64,000 nucleotides of DNA from Oscillospiraceae bacterium (GTDB taxonomy: Bacteria > Bacillota > Clostridia > Oscillospirales > Oscillospiraceae). Positions 9,044 through 18,055 of this stretch are shown in pieces. The stretch's first letter is position 1, and every line of letters starts with the position of its first letter. Made by a program: the position numbers and the translations under genes. The notes beneath the pieces were generated by a model. It saw nothing but the letters and a program-made list of their open reading frames with translations. It searched no databases and was not told where the DNA came from. The stretch lies in NCBI GenBank assembly GCA_017449185.1, contig JAFSJZ010000048.1:2937-66936 (forward strand), in the 5' to 3' direction.

Positions 9044-10251
9044 GACAGCAGCCTCCCGGCGAGCGCGCCGCTGGACCAGGCCCATTGCAGGTTGAAGCCG
9101 CCGCAGTCGCCGTCGATATCGAGCACCTCGCCGCAGGCATAGAGCCCCGGCACGAGACGGCTCTGCAGCGTCGCGGAGTCGAACTGCGCGGTGGACACGC
9201 CACCCGCCGTGACCTGCGCGGCGTCGAAGCCCGCCGTGCCGCGCACTTCGAGCGCGAAACCGCGGCAGACGGAGAGGACGCGGGAAAGATCGCCGTCGGA
9301 AAGCTTTTTCAGCGGCTGCGTGCCGCCGATCCCGGCATATTTCACGCACATGCGCCCGAGCCGGTTGTGCAGCATGCCGCACAGCAGCTCGCTCGCCTCC
9401 AGCTCCGGCAAAGCCTCGCGCCGCGCGCGGAGCATGCCGAGGAGTTCCTCGTCAGCGCGGCCGCGGAAGAAGTCGAAAGAGATCTCCGTCCCGCTTCCGC
9501 ACAGAGAGGCCGCGCGCGAGACGTCGAACACGGCCGGGCCGGAGACGCCTGTCTCGGTGAACTGGACCTCGCCTTCACTGCGTGCGAGGATCTCGCCGTC
9601 GAGCCGCAAAGCTACGGCGGCGTCGGCGCGGATGCCCTTGAGCGCACGCGGATACTCCGGCGCGGTGAGAAGCGGCACGAGCGCGCCGAAGAGCTTCGTG
9701 CGCTCGTGGCCGAAATGCTTCAGCAGCTCATAACCGTCCGTCACGCCGCCGAGCTTCCGCCCCGCCATGCCGCCGCAGGCGACGATCAGCGCGTCGCAGG
9801 CAAAGCGCTCGTTTTCGCATTCCACGACAAAGCCGCTCTTTTCGCGCCGCGCACGCACCGCGCAGCTGGCCGTGTGCAGCTCGACGCCCATGCGCTCGAG
9901 AGCGAGGCGCAGCACGTCAAGCACGCTGTTGGCGGAATTCGACAGCGGATAGACGCGCCCGCCGTATTCCTCCTCGGTCAGCAGGCCGAGCGAGGAGAAA
10001 AAGGCGAGCGTATCGGCGCAGGAAAATGCCTCGAGCGCGGGACGCGCGAAGGCCGGGTCCTCGCCGTGGTAGCGCGAAAGCGAGCAGGCGGTATTCGTCA
10101 GATTGCAGCGCCCGTTGCCCGTGGCGAGCAGCTTGCGTCCCGGGCGCTGCTGCCGCTCGAGGATCAGGACGCGGTTTTCCGGCTCCCTTGCGGCGGTGAG
10201 CGCGGCCATCAGGCCGGAGGCGCCGCCGCCGATCACAATGACGGTCTTCAT
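9040..10251 (-). CDS. BaiN/HI0933/YhiN-family NAD(P)/FAD-dependent oxidoreductase
   Basis: MKTVIVIGGGASGLMAALTAA... plus a C-terminal ACGEVLDIDGDCGGFNLQWAWSSG motif typical of the family. Confidence 0.9.
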   Translation of the reverse strand: MKTVIVIGGGASGLMAALTAAREPENRVLILERQQRPGRKLLATGNGRCNLTNTACSLSRYHGEDPAFARPALEAFSCADTLAFFSSLGLLTEEEYGGRVYPLSNSANSVLDVLRLALERMGVELHTASCAVRARREKSGFVVECENERFACDALIVACGGMAGRKLGGVTDGYELLKHFGHERTKLFGALVPLLTAPEYPRALKGIRADAAVALRLDGEILARSEGEVQFTETGVSGPAVFDVSRAASLCGSGTEISFDFFRGRADEELLGMLRARREALPELEASELLCGMLHNRLGRMCVKYAGIGGTQPLKKLSDGDLSRVLSVCRGFALEVRGTAGFDAAQVTAGGVSTAQFDSATLQSRLVPGLYACGEVLDIDGDCGGFNLQWAWSSGALAGRLLS

Positions 10252-10254
10252 GGT

Positions 10255-11253
10255 CTAACCTCTGTACAGCATGTCGTGCGCCACGGGCGTATAGAAGCGC
10301 GCGGCGACCTCTTGCGGATCGCGCGTCTCGGCGAGGATCCACATGATCTTCGCCAGCGCCGCTTCCGTCGTCATGTCGTAGGCCTCCAGCACGCAGGGAT
10401 TCTCCTTGAGCCGGTGGCCGACGCTGTAGACGGACAGATCCGAACCCTCGTTCTGCACCTGCGTCGTGACGACAATGAATTTTCCCTCTGCCGTGCGGCG
10501 GCGGACGACCTCAAAGAGCGCGTCGTCGCTGTAGGAGGGCAGCCCTCCCACGCCGAAGCACTCCATGACCACGGCGTCCTTGCGCGCGAGCAGGAAATCC
10601 ATGAGCTCGACGTCCGTGCCGGGGATCATCTTGATCAGGCCCACGTTGGCGTCGAGCGCTGCGGAAAAGAGCGGCACTGGCTCGTACGCGCTCTCAATGT
10701 AGCACAGCAGCCTTCCGTCCTGCAGCGTGCCGATGTCGGGATAGTTGATGCTCGAGAAGGCCGTATAGCTTTTCGAGCAGGTCTTCCTTGCGCGGGTGCC
10801 GGTAATGACACGCCCCGAAAAGACGATGTTCACGCCGTGGATCTTCTCCGAGCAGGCGCAGACAAAGGCGTCGGCGAGGTTGATCTTCGAGTCGGTCGAA
10901 TCGAAGTTGATCGGCTTCTGCGCTCCGGTGAGGATGATGGGCTTTTTCGCCCCGCGCACAAGATAGGACAGCGCGGCGGCGGTGTAGGCCATCGTGTCCG
11001 TGCCGTGGGAGATGACAAAGCCGTCATAGTGCCCGTAATGCTCGCAGAGCGCGCCGGCCAGGCGCAGATAGTGCGCGGGCGTGATGTTCGTCGAGTCGAT
11101 GGAAAACAGGCTCAGACAGTCCACCTCGCACAGCGAGGAGATCGCGGGCACGGCGCGCAGCAGCTGCGCGGGCGTGAGGTCGGGACTAAGGCCCTCCGGC
11201 GTCATCGCCGAGGCGATCGTTCCGCCCGTACCGATCATCAGGATGCGTTTCAT
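10255..11253 (-). CDS. ansA: Type I L-asparaginase
   Basis: ILMIGTGGTIAS (catalytic Thr motif) and HGTDTMAYTAAAL. 332 aa. Confidence 0.9.
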   Translation of the reverse strand: MKRILMIGTGGTIASAMTPEGLSPDLTPAQLLRAVPAISSLCEVDCLSLFSIDSTNITPAHYLRLAGALCEHYGHYDGFVISHGTDTMAYTAAALSYLVRGAKKPIILTGAQKPINFDSTDSKINLADAFVCACSEKIHGVNIVFSGRVITGTRARKTCSKSYTAFSSINYPDIGTLQDGRLLCYIESAYEPVPLFSAALDANVGLIKMIPGTDVELMDFLLARKDAVVMECFGVGGLPSYSDDALFEVVRRRTAEGKFIVVTTQVQNEGSDLSVYSVGHRLKENPCVLEAYDMTTEAALAKIMWILAETRDPQEVAARFYTPVAHDMLYRG

Positions 11254-11268
11254 CTCTTTTCTCCCTCC

Positions 11269-12018
11269 TCAAAGCCGCCGCGCGAGCTCCAGCGCGAGCT
11301 GGAGCTTGTATGCGGCATGATTGGCCTCCTGCAGACCCTCGGGCGTGTACGCCTCGTCGGAAAAGCTGTCGCCGGTCTCCAGGAAGGCATAGAGCGAGAA
11401 GCCGTAAAAGTCGCAGACGGCCTGCACCCCGGCGATCTCCATCTCCACGGCGATGCAGCCCTCGGCGCGCCGCCGCGCGACCTGTCCGGACGTTTCGCGC
11501 AGAAAGGCGTCCGTCGTCCAGACGCGGCCCTCCGCGTAGGGGACGCCTTTTTCACGAAAGAACTCCGCGACCGTGCGGTGCCCGGGCACGGCGATATAGT
11601 CCGCCGGCGGGGCATAGTGATAGCTCATGCCCTCGTCGCGGTAGGCCTCGGTCGGCAGAACGTAGCGCCCGGCGGTCTTCTCCGCGTCCAGACTCCCGGC
11701 GGAGCCGAAGAGGATGAAGCGCGTCGCGCCGCAGATCCAGTTGGCCTCAATGCAGTACTGCGCCGCCATCGTCGAGCCGACGGGGGAGAGGTAAAAGGCC
11801 AGCGGCCTGCCGTCAAGATCAAAGCACCAGATCGGCGTCATGCCGTTGACCGAGCCGATCTCGCCGATCTGTCGGCAGGGGAAGCGCCCGAGAAGCTCGT
11901 CGTGGAGACGGCGCGAGAAGACGAGCAGACAGCGATCGGCTGTGTGCCTCTGTTCGCCGTAGAAGGCCTCGAGGCTGATCAGGGTTTTCGTTTGGTTGTC
12001 AAAGGAATCGGTGATCAT
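11269..12018 (-). CDS. Nucleoside phosphorylase-family protein (PNP/UDP family)
   Basis: Internal ATG at 12018 with a GGAGG RBS. LFGSAGSL and VEMEIAGV motifs typical of uridine/purine nucleoside phosphorylases. Confidence 0.8.
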   Translation of the reverse strand: MITDSFDNQTKTLISLEAFYGEQRHTADRCLLVFSRRLHDELLGRFPCRQIGEIGSVNGMTPIWCFDLDGRPLAFYLSPVGSTMAAQYCIEANWICGATRFILFGSAGSLDAEKTAGRYVLPTEAYRDEGMSYHYAPPADYIAVPGHRTVAEFFREKGVPYAEGRVWTTDAFLRETSGQVARRRAEGCIAVEMEIAGVQAVCDFYGFSLYAFLETGDSFSDEAYTPEGLQEANHAAYKLQLALELARRL

Positions 12019-12133
12019 GGGATCCTCCGGGTTGATGGTTGATCGTATTACATTAATTATAGCGCCAAAGCGCGGGAACTGCAACTTGAATCGAAGGCCC
12101 GAAGCAATCGGAAAAAGAAGAACAAAGGGAGCG

Positions 12134-12162
12134 TTGAAATTTGCGCAGATCGGTGATACAAT
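12134..12162 (+). promoter_or_regulatory. Sigma-A-like promoter of the VTC operon
   Basis: TTGAAA (12134..12139), 17-nt spacer, TACAAT (12157..12162). Confidence 0.55.
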
Positions 12163-12193
12163 AAATTGGTTAAATAGAGAAGGAGGCTGCGGG

Positions 12194-12916
12194 GTGGAAG
12201 AGACAAAACTGACCTTCAAGCGCTACGAGAAAAAATATCTTCTCTCCCACGAGCAGTACGAAAAGCTGTTCCGCGAGCTGGAGGATCATATCAAGCCCGA
12301 TCTCTACTTCCGCAGCGTCGTGTGCAGTCTCTATTACGACACCGACGACTATGCGCTCATCCGCCATTCCATCGACGCCCCGGTCTACAAGGAAAAGCTG
12401 CGGCTGCGCAGCTACGGCGTGCCCGGCCCGGAGGACGAGGTGTTCATCGAGCTGAAAAAGAAATACAAGGGCATGGTCTACAAGCGGCGCGTCGCCATGA
12501 GCGCGAAGGCCGCCGCGGCCTACCTCGCGGGCGAGACGCCGCCGCCCGAAGAATCGCAGATGACGCGCGAGCTCGACTGGTTCCTGCACGAAAACGCGGT
12601 AAAGCCCAAGGCCTACATCGCCTGCGACCGCACCGCCTGGGTCGCGAAGGACGACCCGGAACTGCGCATCACCTTCGACGAAAACCTGCGCTGGCGCGAG
12701 CACGATCTGGATCTCACCCTCGGCAGCGAGGGCGAGAGCCTGACCGAGCCGGGCTGTGTCCTCATGGAGATCAAGATTCCCGGCGTGTCGCCGCTGTGGC
12801 TGGCGCGTCTGCTCTCAGAACTGGAGCTCTTCCCTACGACCTTTTCCAAATACGGTACCTGTTATAAGGACCATATTCTCAGCGAATACTTTCATGGAGT
12901 GATCGAGTGTGTTTAA
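12194..12916 (+). CDS. VTC-domain (polyphosphate polymerase / triphosphate tunnel-like) protein
   Basis: GTG at 12194 lies 7 nt after AGGAGG. FKRYEKKYLL...YYDTDDYALIRHS...KEKLRLRSYG... matches bacterial VTC-domain proteins (family recalled, not searched). Confidence 0.8.
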   Translation: MEETKLTFKRYEKKYLLSHEQYEKLFRELEDHIKPDLYFRSVVCSLYYDTDDYALIRHSIDAPVYKEKLRLRSYGVPGPEDEVFIELKKKYKGMVYKRRVAMSAKAAAAYLAGETPPPEESQMTRELDWFLHENAVKPKAYIACDRTAWVAKDDPELRITFDENLRWREHDLDLTLGSEGESLTEPGCVLMEIKIPGVSPLWLARLLSELELFPTTFSKYGTCYKDHILSEYFHGVIECV

Positions 12917-13571
12917 TTGTGTGATCCCCGGCTATATGACCGTTTCCGCGTTTTTGATCTGCCTCGTCGGCGCGCTCGTGCTGGGCATACTGACCGCGCT
13001 GGTCTTTTGCTTCCGCAGCGAGCACAGCGGCAATCTGCCCTTTGCGCTGGTGCTGGTGCCGCCCATCGTCACGCTGGTGATCATGATGGTCAACGGCAAC
13101 ATCGGCGCGGGCCTGGGCGTCGCGGGCGCCTTCTCGCTGATCCGCTTCCGCAGCGCCCCCGGCACCGCGCGCGAGCTCAGCGGCCTGTTCACCGGAACGG
13201 CCATCGGCCTCGCCTGCGGCATGGGCTACGTCGGCATCGCGGCCCTGTTCTTCCTGGTCGTGGCGGTCACCGTGCTTGCGCTGACGCTGCTGCGCTTCGG
13301 CGAAAAGAGCCGCAGCTACCGCCACCTGCGCATCACGATCCCGGAGAATCTCGATTACGACGGGCTCTTCGACGACGTCTTTGAGAAGTATACCGTCGAC
13401 CACAATCTGGCCAAGGTCAAGACCACCAATATGGGCACGCTCTATGAGCTGAGCTACGACATCCATATCAAGGGCAGCGACGTCCCCAAGGACTTTATCG
13501 ACGAGCTGCGCTGCCGCAACGGCAATCTGAACATCGTCTGCGGTCGGGAATCCGACAAGGAAATGCTGTAA
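12909..13571 (+). CDS. DUF4956-family membrane protein
   Basis: N-terminal TM helices plus a soluble C-terminus. It overlaps the VTC stop. The start is uncertain (GTG 12909 or ATG 12936). Confidence 0.75.
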   Translation: MFNCVIPGYMTVSAFLICLVGALVLGILTALVFCFRSEHSGNLPFALVLVPPIVTLVIMMVNGNIGAGLGVAGAFSLIRFRSAPGTARELSGLFTGTAIGLACGMGYVGIAALFFLVVAVTVLALTLLRFGEKSRSYRHLRITIPENLDYDGLFDDVFEKYTVDHNLAKVKTTNMGTLYELSYDIHIKGSDVPKDFIDELRCRNGNLNIVCGRESDKEML

Positions 13572-15151
13572 TGATGAAAAAACTATCGGCTGCACTGCTG
13601 ATCCTTGCGCTGTGCTTCGGCGCGCTTACCGGCTGCGGCGACATCGTGATCGGCGCTCAGCCCACGCCCGCGCCCGCGCCTGAACCCATACAGAATACGC
13701 CGGGCGGGATCGTGATCGACCCCGTCGACACCTCTCCCAAGGGCGGCGACATCACCCTCAACGGCAGCGGCGCTTCCTTTACCGGCAGCGGCGTCTCGAT
13801 CTCCGGCAGCACGGTGACGATCGCCTCGCCGGGCAGTTATACCGTGTCCGGTACGCTGGACGACGGCTGCATCGTCGTCAACACCGGCGAGGTCAAGGGC
13901 GACGTCACGCTCACGCTCAAGGGCGCGGACGTCACCTGCCTCAGCGGCCCCGCGATCCATGTGATCGAGGCCAAAAACTTCAACCTCGTCCTGGCACAGG
14001 ACACGCAGAACCGTCTCGTTTCCGGCTCGGAGGAGACGGAGGTCGTCGTCAAGCAGGACGGCGCGGCCCTCTTCTGCGAGGACGACCTGAACATCCGCGG
14101 CAGCGGCTCGCTTGAGGTGCTGGGCTGGCTCAACAACGGCATCACCTGCAAGGACGACCTCGACATCGAGGACGGGATCATCCGCGTGACGGCCGTCTAT
14201 AACGGCGTCAAGGGCTCCGAGTCCGTGGAGATCTTCGGCGGAAGCCTTACCGTCAGCGCCGGCAACGACGGCGTCAAGACGAGCTCCGCGAAGAAAGAGG
14301 GCAAGGGCTTTCTCACCGTCGAGGGCGGCACGCTGGATATCACAGCCGGCGGCGACGGCCTCTCGGCCGAGACTGCGCTGACGGTTTCCGGCGGCGAGAT
14401 CCGCGTTACGACGAGCGCCGAAAGGGAGGACGGCAGCAGCAAGGCTCTCAAGGCCAAGACGCTGCTGACAGTCTCCGGCGGCACGCTGACGATCGACAGC
14501 GCGGATCACGCGCTCCACTGCACGGGCGACATCGAGCTCTCCGGCGGCACGCTGACGATCGACAGCGCGGATCACGCGCTCCACTGCACGGGCGACATCG
14601 AGCTCTCCGGCGGCACGCTGACGGTCGACTCCCGCGCGGGCAAGGGCGTATCGGCCCACGGAACGCTGACGCTCTCGGGCAGCATGCTCGATATCACCTC
14701 CTCCGACGACGGCGTCGAGGCCGAAGAGGCTGTCACGATCTCCGGCGGAGAGCTGCGGCTGTTTACCGGCGGCGACGGCATCAAGGCCGGCAGCAAGAGC
14801 GGCGCCGGAGCGGGGACGCTTTCGATCACCGGCGGCAGCGTGACGCTCAGCGCCCACGGCGATCCCTTCGACGCCAAGGGCGGCGCGACGATCTCCGGCG
14901 GCAGCTTTACCGGCGTCGGCAGCCCGAAAACGCCGCAGGGCTTTTCTCCCGAAAGCCCGCAGCGCTCGCTGCTTTTCCTCTTCAACGGGGGAGCGAACAC
15001 GGCCGCCGAGGTCCGGAGCGCTTCGAACGAGCTTGTCGGCGCGGTCGAGGCCCGCTGCGGCTATACCTGCGCGATCATTTCACGCGCGGGGCTTGCCTCG
15101 GGGACCTATACGATCGAACTCGGAACGCTCAAGGCCTCCGCAGAGGCTTAA
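13571..15151 (+). CDS. Secreted lipoprotein, Cthe_2159-like beta-helix 'carbohydrate-binding domain-containing protein'
   Basis: TAATG overlap with the upstream gene. Lipobox LTGC. Periodic G-x-L-x-I/V rungs (SGGTLTIDS..., GGSVTLSA...). Confidence 0.75.
   Translation: MMKKLSAALLILALCFGALTGCGDIVIGAQPTPAPAPEPIQNTPGGIVIDPVDTSPKGGDITLNGSGASFTGSGVSISGSTVTIASPGSYTVSGTLDDGCIVVNTGEVKGDVTLTLKGADVTCLSGPAIHVIEAKNFNLVLAQDTQNRLVSGSEETEVVVKQDGAALFCEDDLNIRGSGSLEVLGWLNNGITCKDDLDIEDGIIRVTAVYNGVKGSESVEIFGGSLTVSAGNDGVKTSSAKKEGKGFLTVEGGTLDITAGGDGLSAETALTVSGGEIRVTTSAEREDGSSKALKAKTLLTVSGGTLTIDSADHALHCTGDIELSGGTLTIDSADHALHCTGDIELSGGTLTVDSRAGKGVSAHGTLTLSGSMLDITSSDDGVEAEEAVTISGGELRLFTGGDGIKAGSKSGAGAGTLSITGGSVTLSAHGDPFDAKGGATISGGSFTGVGSPKTPQGFSPESPQRSLLFLFNGGANTAAEVRSASNELVGAVEARCGYTCAIISRAGLASGTYTIELGTLKASAEA
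14472..14603 (+). repeat. Perfect 66-bp tandem duplication (2 copies; a third partial copy follows)
   Basis: Period 66: 14472..14537 equals 14538..14603. It encodes SGGTLTIDSADHALHCTGDIEL twice. Confidence 0.9.
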
Positions 15152-15175
15152 CTGCTTGACAAGGAGGGATAATCC

Positions 15176-16009
15176 ATGAAATACCCTAAAATTCTGACCA
15201 TTCAGGACATCTCCTGCGTGGGCCAGTGCTCGCTGACCGTCGCGCTGCCGATCCTTTCGGCCGCGGGGATCGAAACCTGCATCCTGCCCTCGGCTGTCCT
15301 GTCCACCCACACGGCGGGCTTTTCCGGCTTCACCGTACGTGACCTGACCGAGGATATCCCCGCCATCGCCGCACACTGGCGCAAAGAGAAGATCGCCTTC
15401 GACGCGGTCTACACCGGCTATCTCGGGTCCACCGAGCAGATCGCCTATGTGCAGGATATTTTCGACACCCTGCAAAAGCCCGGCGCTCTTACGATCGTCG
15501 ATCCGGCCATGGCCGACAACGGCAAGCTTTACCCGGCCTTTGACCAGGCCTACGTCGAAGCGATGAAGACCCTGGCCTTCGGCGCGGACGTGATCCTGCC
15601 GAACATTACCGAGGCCTGCTTCCTCACGGGCATGGAGTACCGCGAGAGCTATGACGAGAGCTATATCGCCGCGCTGCTCGACCGGCTCACGGCCGCCGGC
15701 GCGAAAACGATCGTGCTCACCGGCGTGGGCTACGCCCCGGACAAGACGGGCGTGGTCGTGCGCGAGAGCGGCGTGACGCGCTATTACGAGCATAAGAAGA
15801 TCGCCAAGGGCTGCCACGGCACGGGCGACGTGTACGCCTCGGCCTTCGTCGGCGCGCTGGAGAACGGTTTTTCGTCCTACGACGCCGCGGTGCTGGCCGC
15901 GGATTACACGGTCCGCTGCATCGAGCTCACCCAGGGCGACCCCGAGCACTGGTACGGCGTGAAGTTCGAGCTCGCGCTGCCGGAGTTCATCCGTATGCTG
16001 GGGAAATAA
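15176..16009 (+). CDS. pdxK: Pyridoxamine/pyridoxal kinase
   Basis: ILTIQDISCVGQCSLTVALPILSAAG..., DPAMADNGKLY, and GTGDVYASAF (ribokinase-fold anion hole). Confidence 0.9.
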   Translation: MKYPKILTIQDISCVGQCSLTVALPILSAAGIETCILPSAVLSTHTAGFSGFTVRDLTEDIPAIAAHWRKEKIAFDAVYTGYLGSTEQIAYVQDIFDTLQKPGALTIVDPAMADNGKLYPAFDQAYVEAMKTLAFGADVILPNITEACFLTGMEYRESYDESYIAALLDRLTAAGAKTIVLTGVGYAPDKTGVVVRESGVTRYYEHKKIAKGCHGTGDVYASAFVGALENGFSSYDAAVLAADYTVRCIELTQGDPEHWYGVKFELALPEFIRMLGK

Positions 16010-16020
16010 GCGTTTATCAG

Positions 16021-16059
16021 AAAAACCGCCTCGGGCCTATGACCCGAGGCGGTTTTTTA
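16021..16059. terminator. Bidirectional intrinsic terminator
   Basis: aaaaa-ccgcctcggg...cccgaggcgg-tttttt. Confidence 0.7.
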
Positions 16060-16788
16060 TTTCAGAAGATCTGTCAGCTCCGCGATCTCGACACAGCCCT
16101 CCGGCAGGGGAGAGCGCCGCGGCGGGGACTGCCAGGTATGGATATAACAGCCCGGCATCCCGACGGAGGCCGCGCCGCGCATATCCGCGTCCGGGTCGTT
16201 GCCGACCATCAGCGCCTCCTCCGGCGAAACGCCCGCACTTGCGAGCGCCGCGGCAAAAAAGACGGGGGAAGGTTTTTTGCAGCCGAAGTCGGACGAGAGA
16301 AAGATCGTGTCAAAGGCTTCGTCGAGGCCGAGCTTCCGCAGCTCCGGCATCGTGAAGCAGTTCTGCGCGTTCGAGAGCAGAAAGATCCGCGCCCCGCGCC
16401 GCCGCAGCTCCGCCAGCGTCTCCCGCGCGCCGCGCATCAGCCGCGGGGAGCGGCGATAGGAAAGCGCACGGAAGAGCAGCGCCGCGTCGGCCGCGCGCTC
16501 ATCCGAAACGGGGGCGCTTTTCTCCTCAAACAAGCGTCGAAATACGTTCCGCAGTTCGATCTCCACGCCCTCCTCGCCCAGCTCGGGCCGTGCGGCGGCG
16601 AGAGAAGAGCTCTCCTCCGCACAGAGGGCGAGATAGCGCTCCCGCAGCTCCGCGCTTCGATAGGCCGCGCCGCAGAGCGAATAGAATTCCGCCGCTCCGC
16701 GCCAAAGCGAGGACTTCGTCTCATCCGTACGGATATCGACGAGCGTGCCGTATAAATCAAAGAAATAAACCGTTTGCTTTTGATTCAT
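16057..16788 (-). CDS. HAD-superfamily hydrolase
   Basis: FFDLYGTLVD motif I, and SNAQ and GNDPDADM motifs. Confidence 0.85.
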   Translation of the reverse strand: MNQKQTVYFFDLYGTLVDIRTDETKSSLWRGAAEFYSLCGAAYRSAELRERYLALCAEESSSLAAARPELGEEGVEIELRNVFRRLFEEKSAPVSDERAADAALLFRALSYRRSPRLMRGARETLAELRRRGARIFLLSNAQNCFTMPELRKLGLDEAFDTIFLSSDFGCKKPSPVFFAAALASAGVSPEEALMVGNDPDADMRGAASVGMPGCYIHTWQSPPRRSPLPEGCVEIAELTDLLK

Positions 16789-16815
16789 CGCTTCTCCGCG
16801 GCAGCGATGCCGGCT

Positions 16816-17988
16816 TTATGCCCGGCGCTGCCATCTGTCTGAAATAAGGCCTGCGTACTCCGTCATCGAGAGCATCAGAAGAACAAAAAACACCAGATAG
16901 ACCGGGTACCACCGCATCCCGGCCCAGTCGCTGATCCATCCGAAAATCTTCGGCGCCAGGGTAGAACCCAAATAGGCGCTGGCCATCTGGATGCCCACCA
17001 GGGACTGGGAATTCTCCCGGCCGAAGCGCTCCGGCGTGGAGTGGATGATACTGGGATAGATCGGGGCGCAGCCCAGACCGATGAGCACCAGCGCGAGCTT
17101 GGCCGGCGCGAGCCGCGAGGCCAGCAGCAGGATCAGCACGCCGGCGCCCGCGATACCCTCTCCCAGACGGATCATATTCCGGTCGCCCAGCCTCTCGGCG
17201 ATAAAGCCGGAGGCGCCGCGCCCGGCCGTGATGCCGAGATAGAAAAGCGCGGCCAGCCCGGCGGCCTCGGCGGCGGAGATCCCCTTGACCGAGACCAGCC
17301 AGCTGGCGGCCCACAGTCCGGTGCTGGTCTCCATTCCGCAGTAGCAGAAGAAGGCGATCAGGATGGCCTTCGCGCCCGGCAGAGAGACGGCTTGCTTCAG
17401 CGAGAGCACGTTTCGCTCCTTCTCTTCGTCTTTCCCGCCGGCGTCCCTCTCCCACAGGGGCACGGACAGCGCCAGGATCACAGCCAGCACGATCTGGAAA
17501 ACACCGATGATCCGGTAGCCCGCCGGCCAGCGCGCGCCGCCGCTGAGACACAGGCCCATAATCAGCGGGCCGACGGTCGCGCCGACGCCCCACATGCAGT
17601 GGAGCCAGGACATGTGCTTCGAGCTGTAATGCAGCGCCACATAGTTGTTCAGCGCCGAATCCACCGCGCCCGCGCCGAGCCCGTAAGGGATGCACCACAG
17701 GACAAGCTGGAAATAGGAGCGGGAGAAGGAAAAGCCGAACAGGGCCGCGGCGGTCATCGCCACGGAGACCGTCGTGACACGAACCGTGCCAAAGCGGTGG
17801 ATCACCCGGTCCGCCGCAAGACTGGAGACGATCGTGCAGGCGCTGATGAGCATGGCCAGCGTTCCCGCGCCGGTGATCGTCGAGCCCATCTCCGCGAACA
17901 TGCTGGGCCACGCGCTGCCCAGCAGGGAGTCCGGCAGCCCCAGGGAAATAAAGGCCAGATAGATGACTGCGATGAGAAGTGCCGTCAT
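16816..17988 (-). CDS. MFS transporter
   Basis: 390 aa, about 12 TM segments, with an AADRVIHRFG loop 2-3 motif. Confidence 0.9.
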   Translation of the reverse strand: MTALLIAVIYLAFISLGLPDSLLGSAWPSMFAEMGSTITGAGTLAMLISACTIVSSLAADRVIHRFGTVRVTTVSVAMTAAALFGFSFSRSYFQLVLWCIPYGLGAGAVDSALNNYVALHYSSKHMSWLHCMWGVGATVGPLIMGLCLSGGARWPAGYRIIGVFQIVLAVILALSVPLWERDAGGKDEEKERNVLSLKQAVSLPGAKAILIAFFCYCGMETSTGLWAASWLVSVKGISAAEAAGLAALFYLGITAGRGASGFIAERLGDRNMIRLGEGIAGAGVLILLLASRLAPAKLALVLIGLGCAPIYPSIIHSTPERFGRENSQSLVGIQMASAYLGSTLAPKIFGWISDWAGMRWYPVYLVFFVLLMLSMTEYAGLISDRWQRRA

Positions 17989-18055
17989 GTCGTGCCGCCC
18001 TTCTGCAGAAAATACTGGAACTTATCATAACATAGATCGCGTTTTTGTGGAAGAT

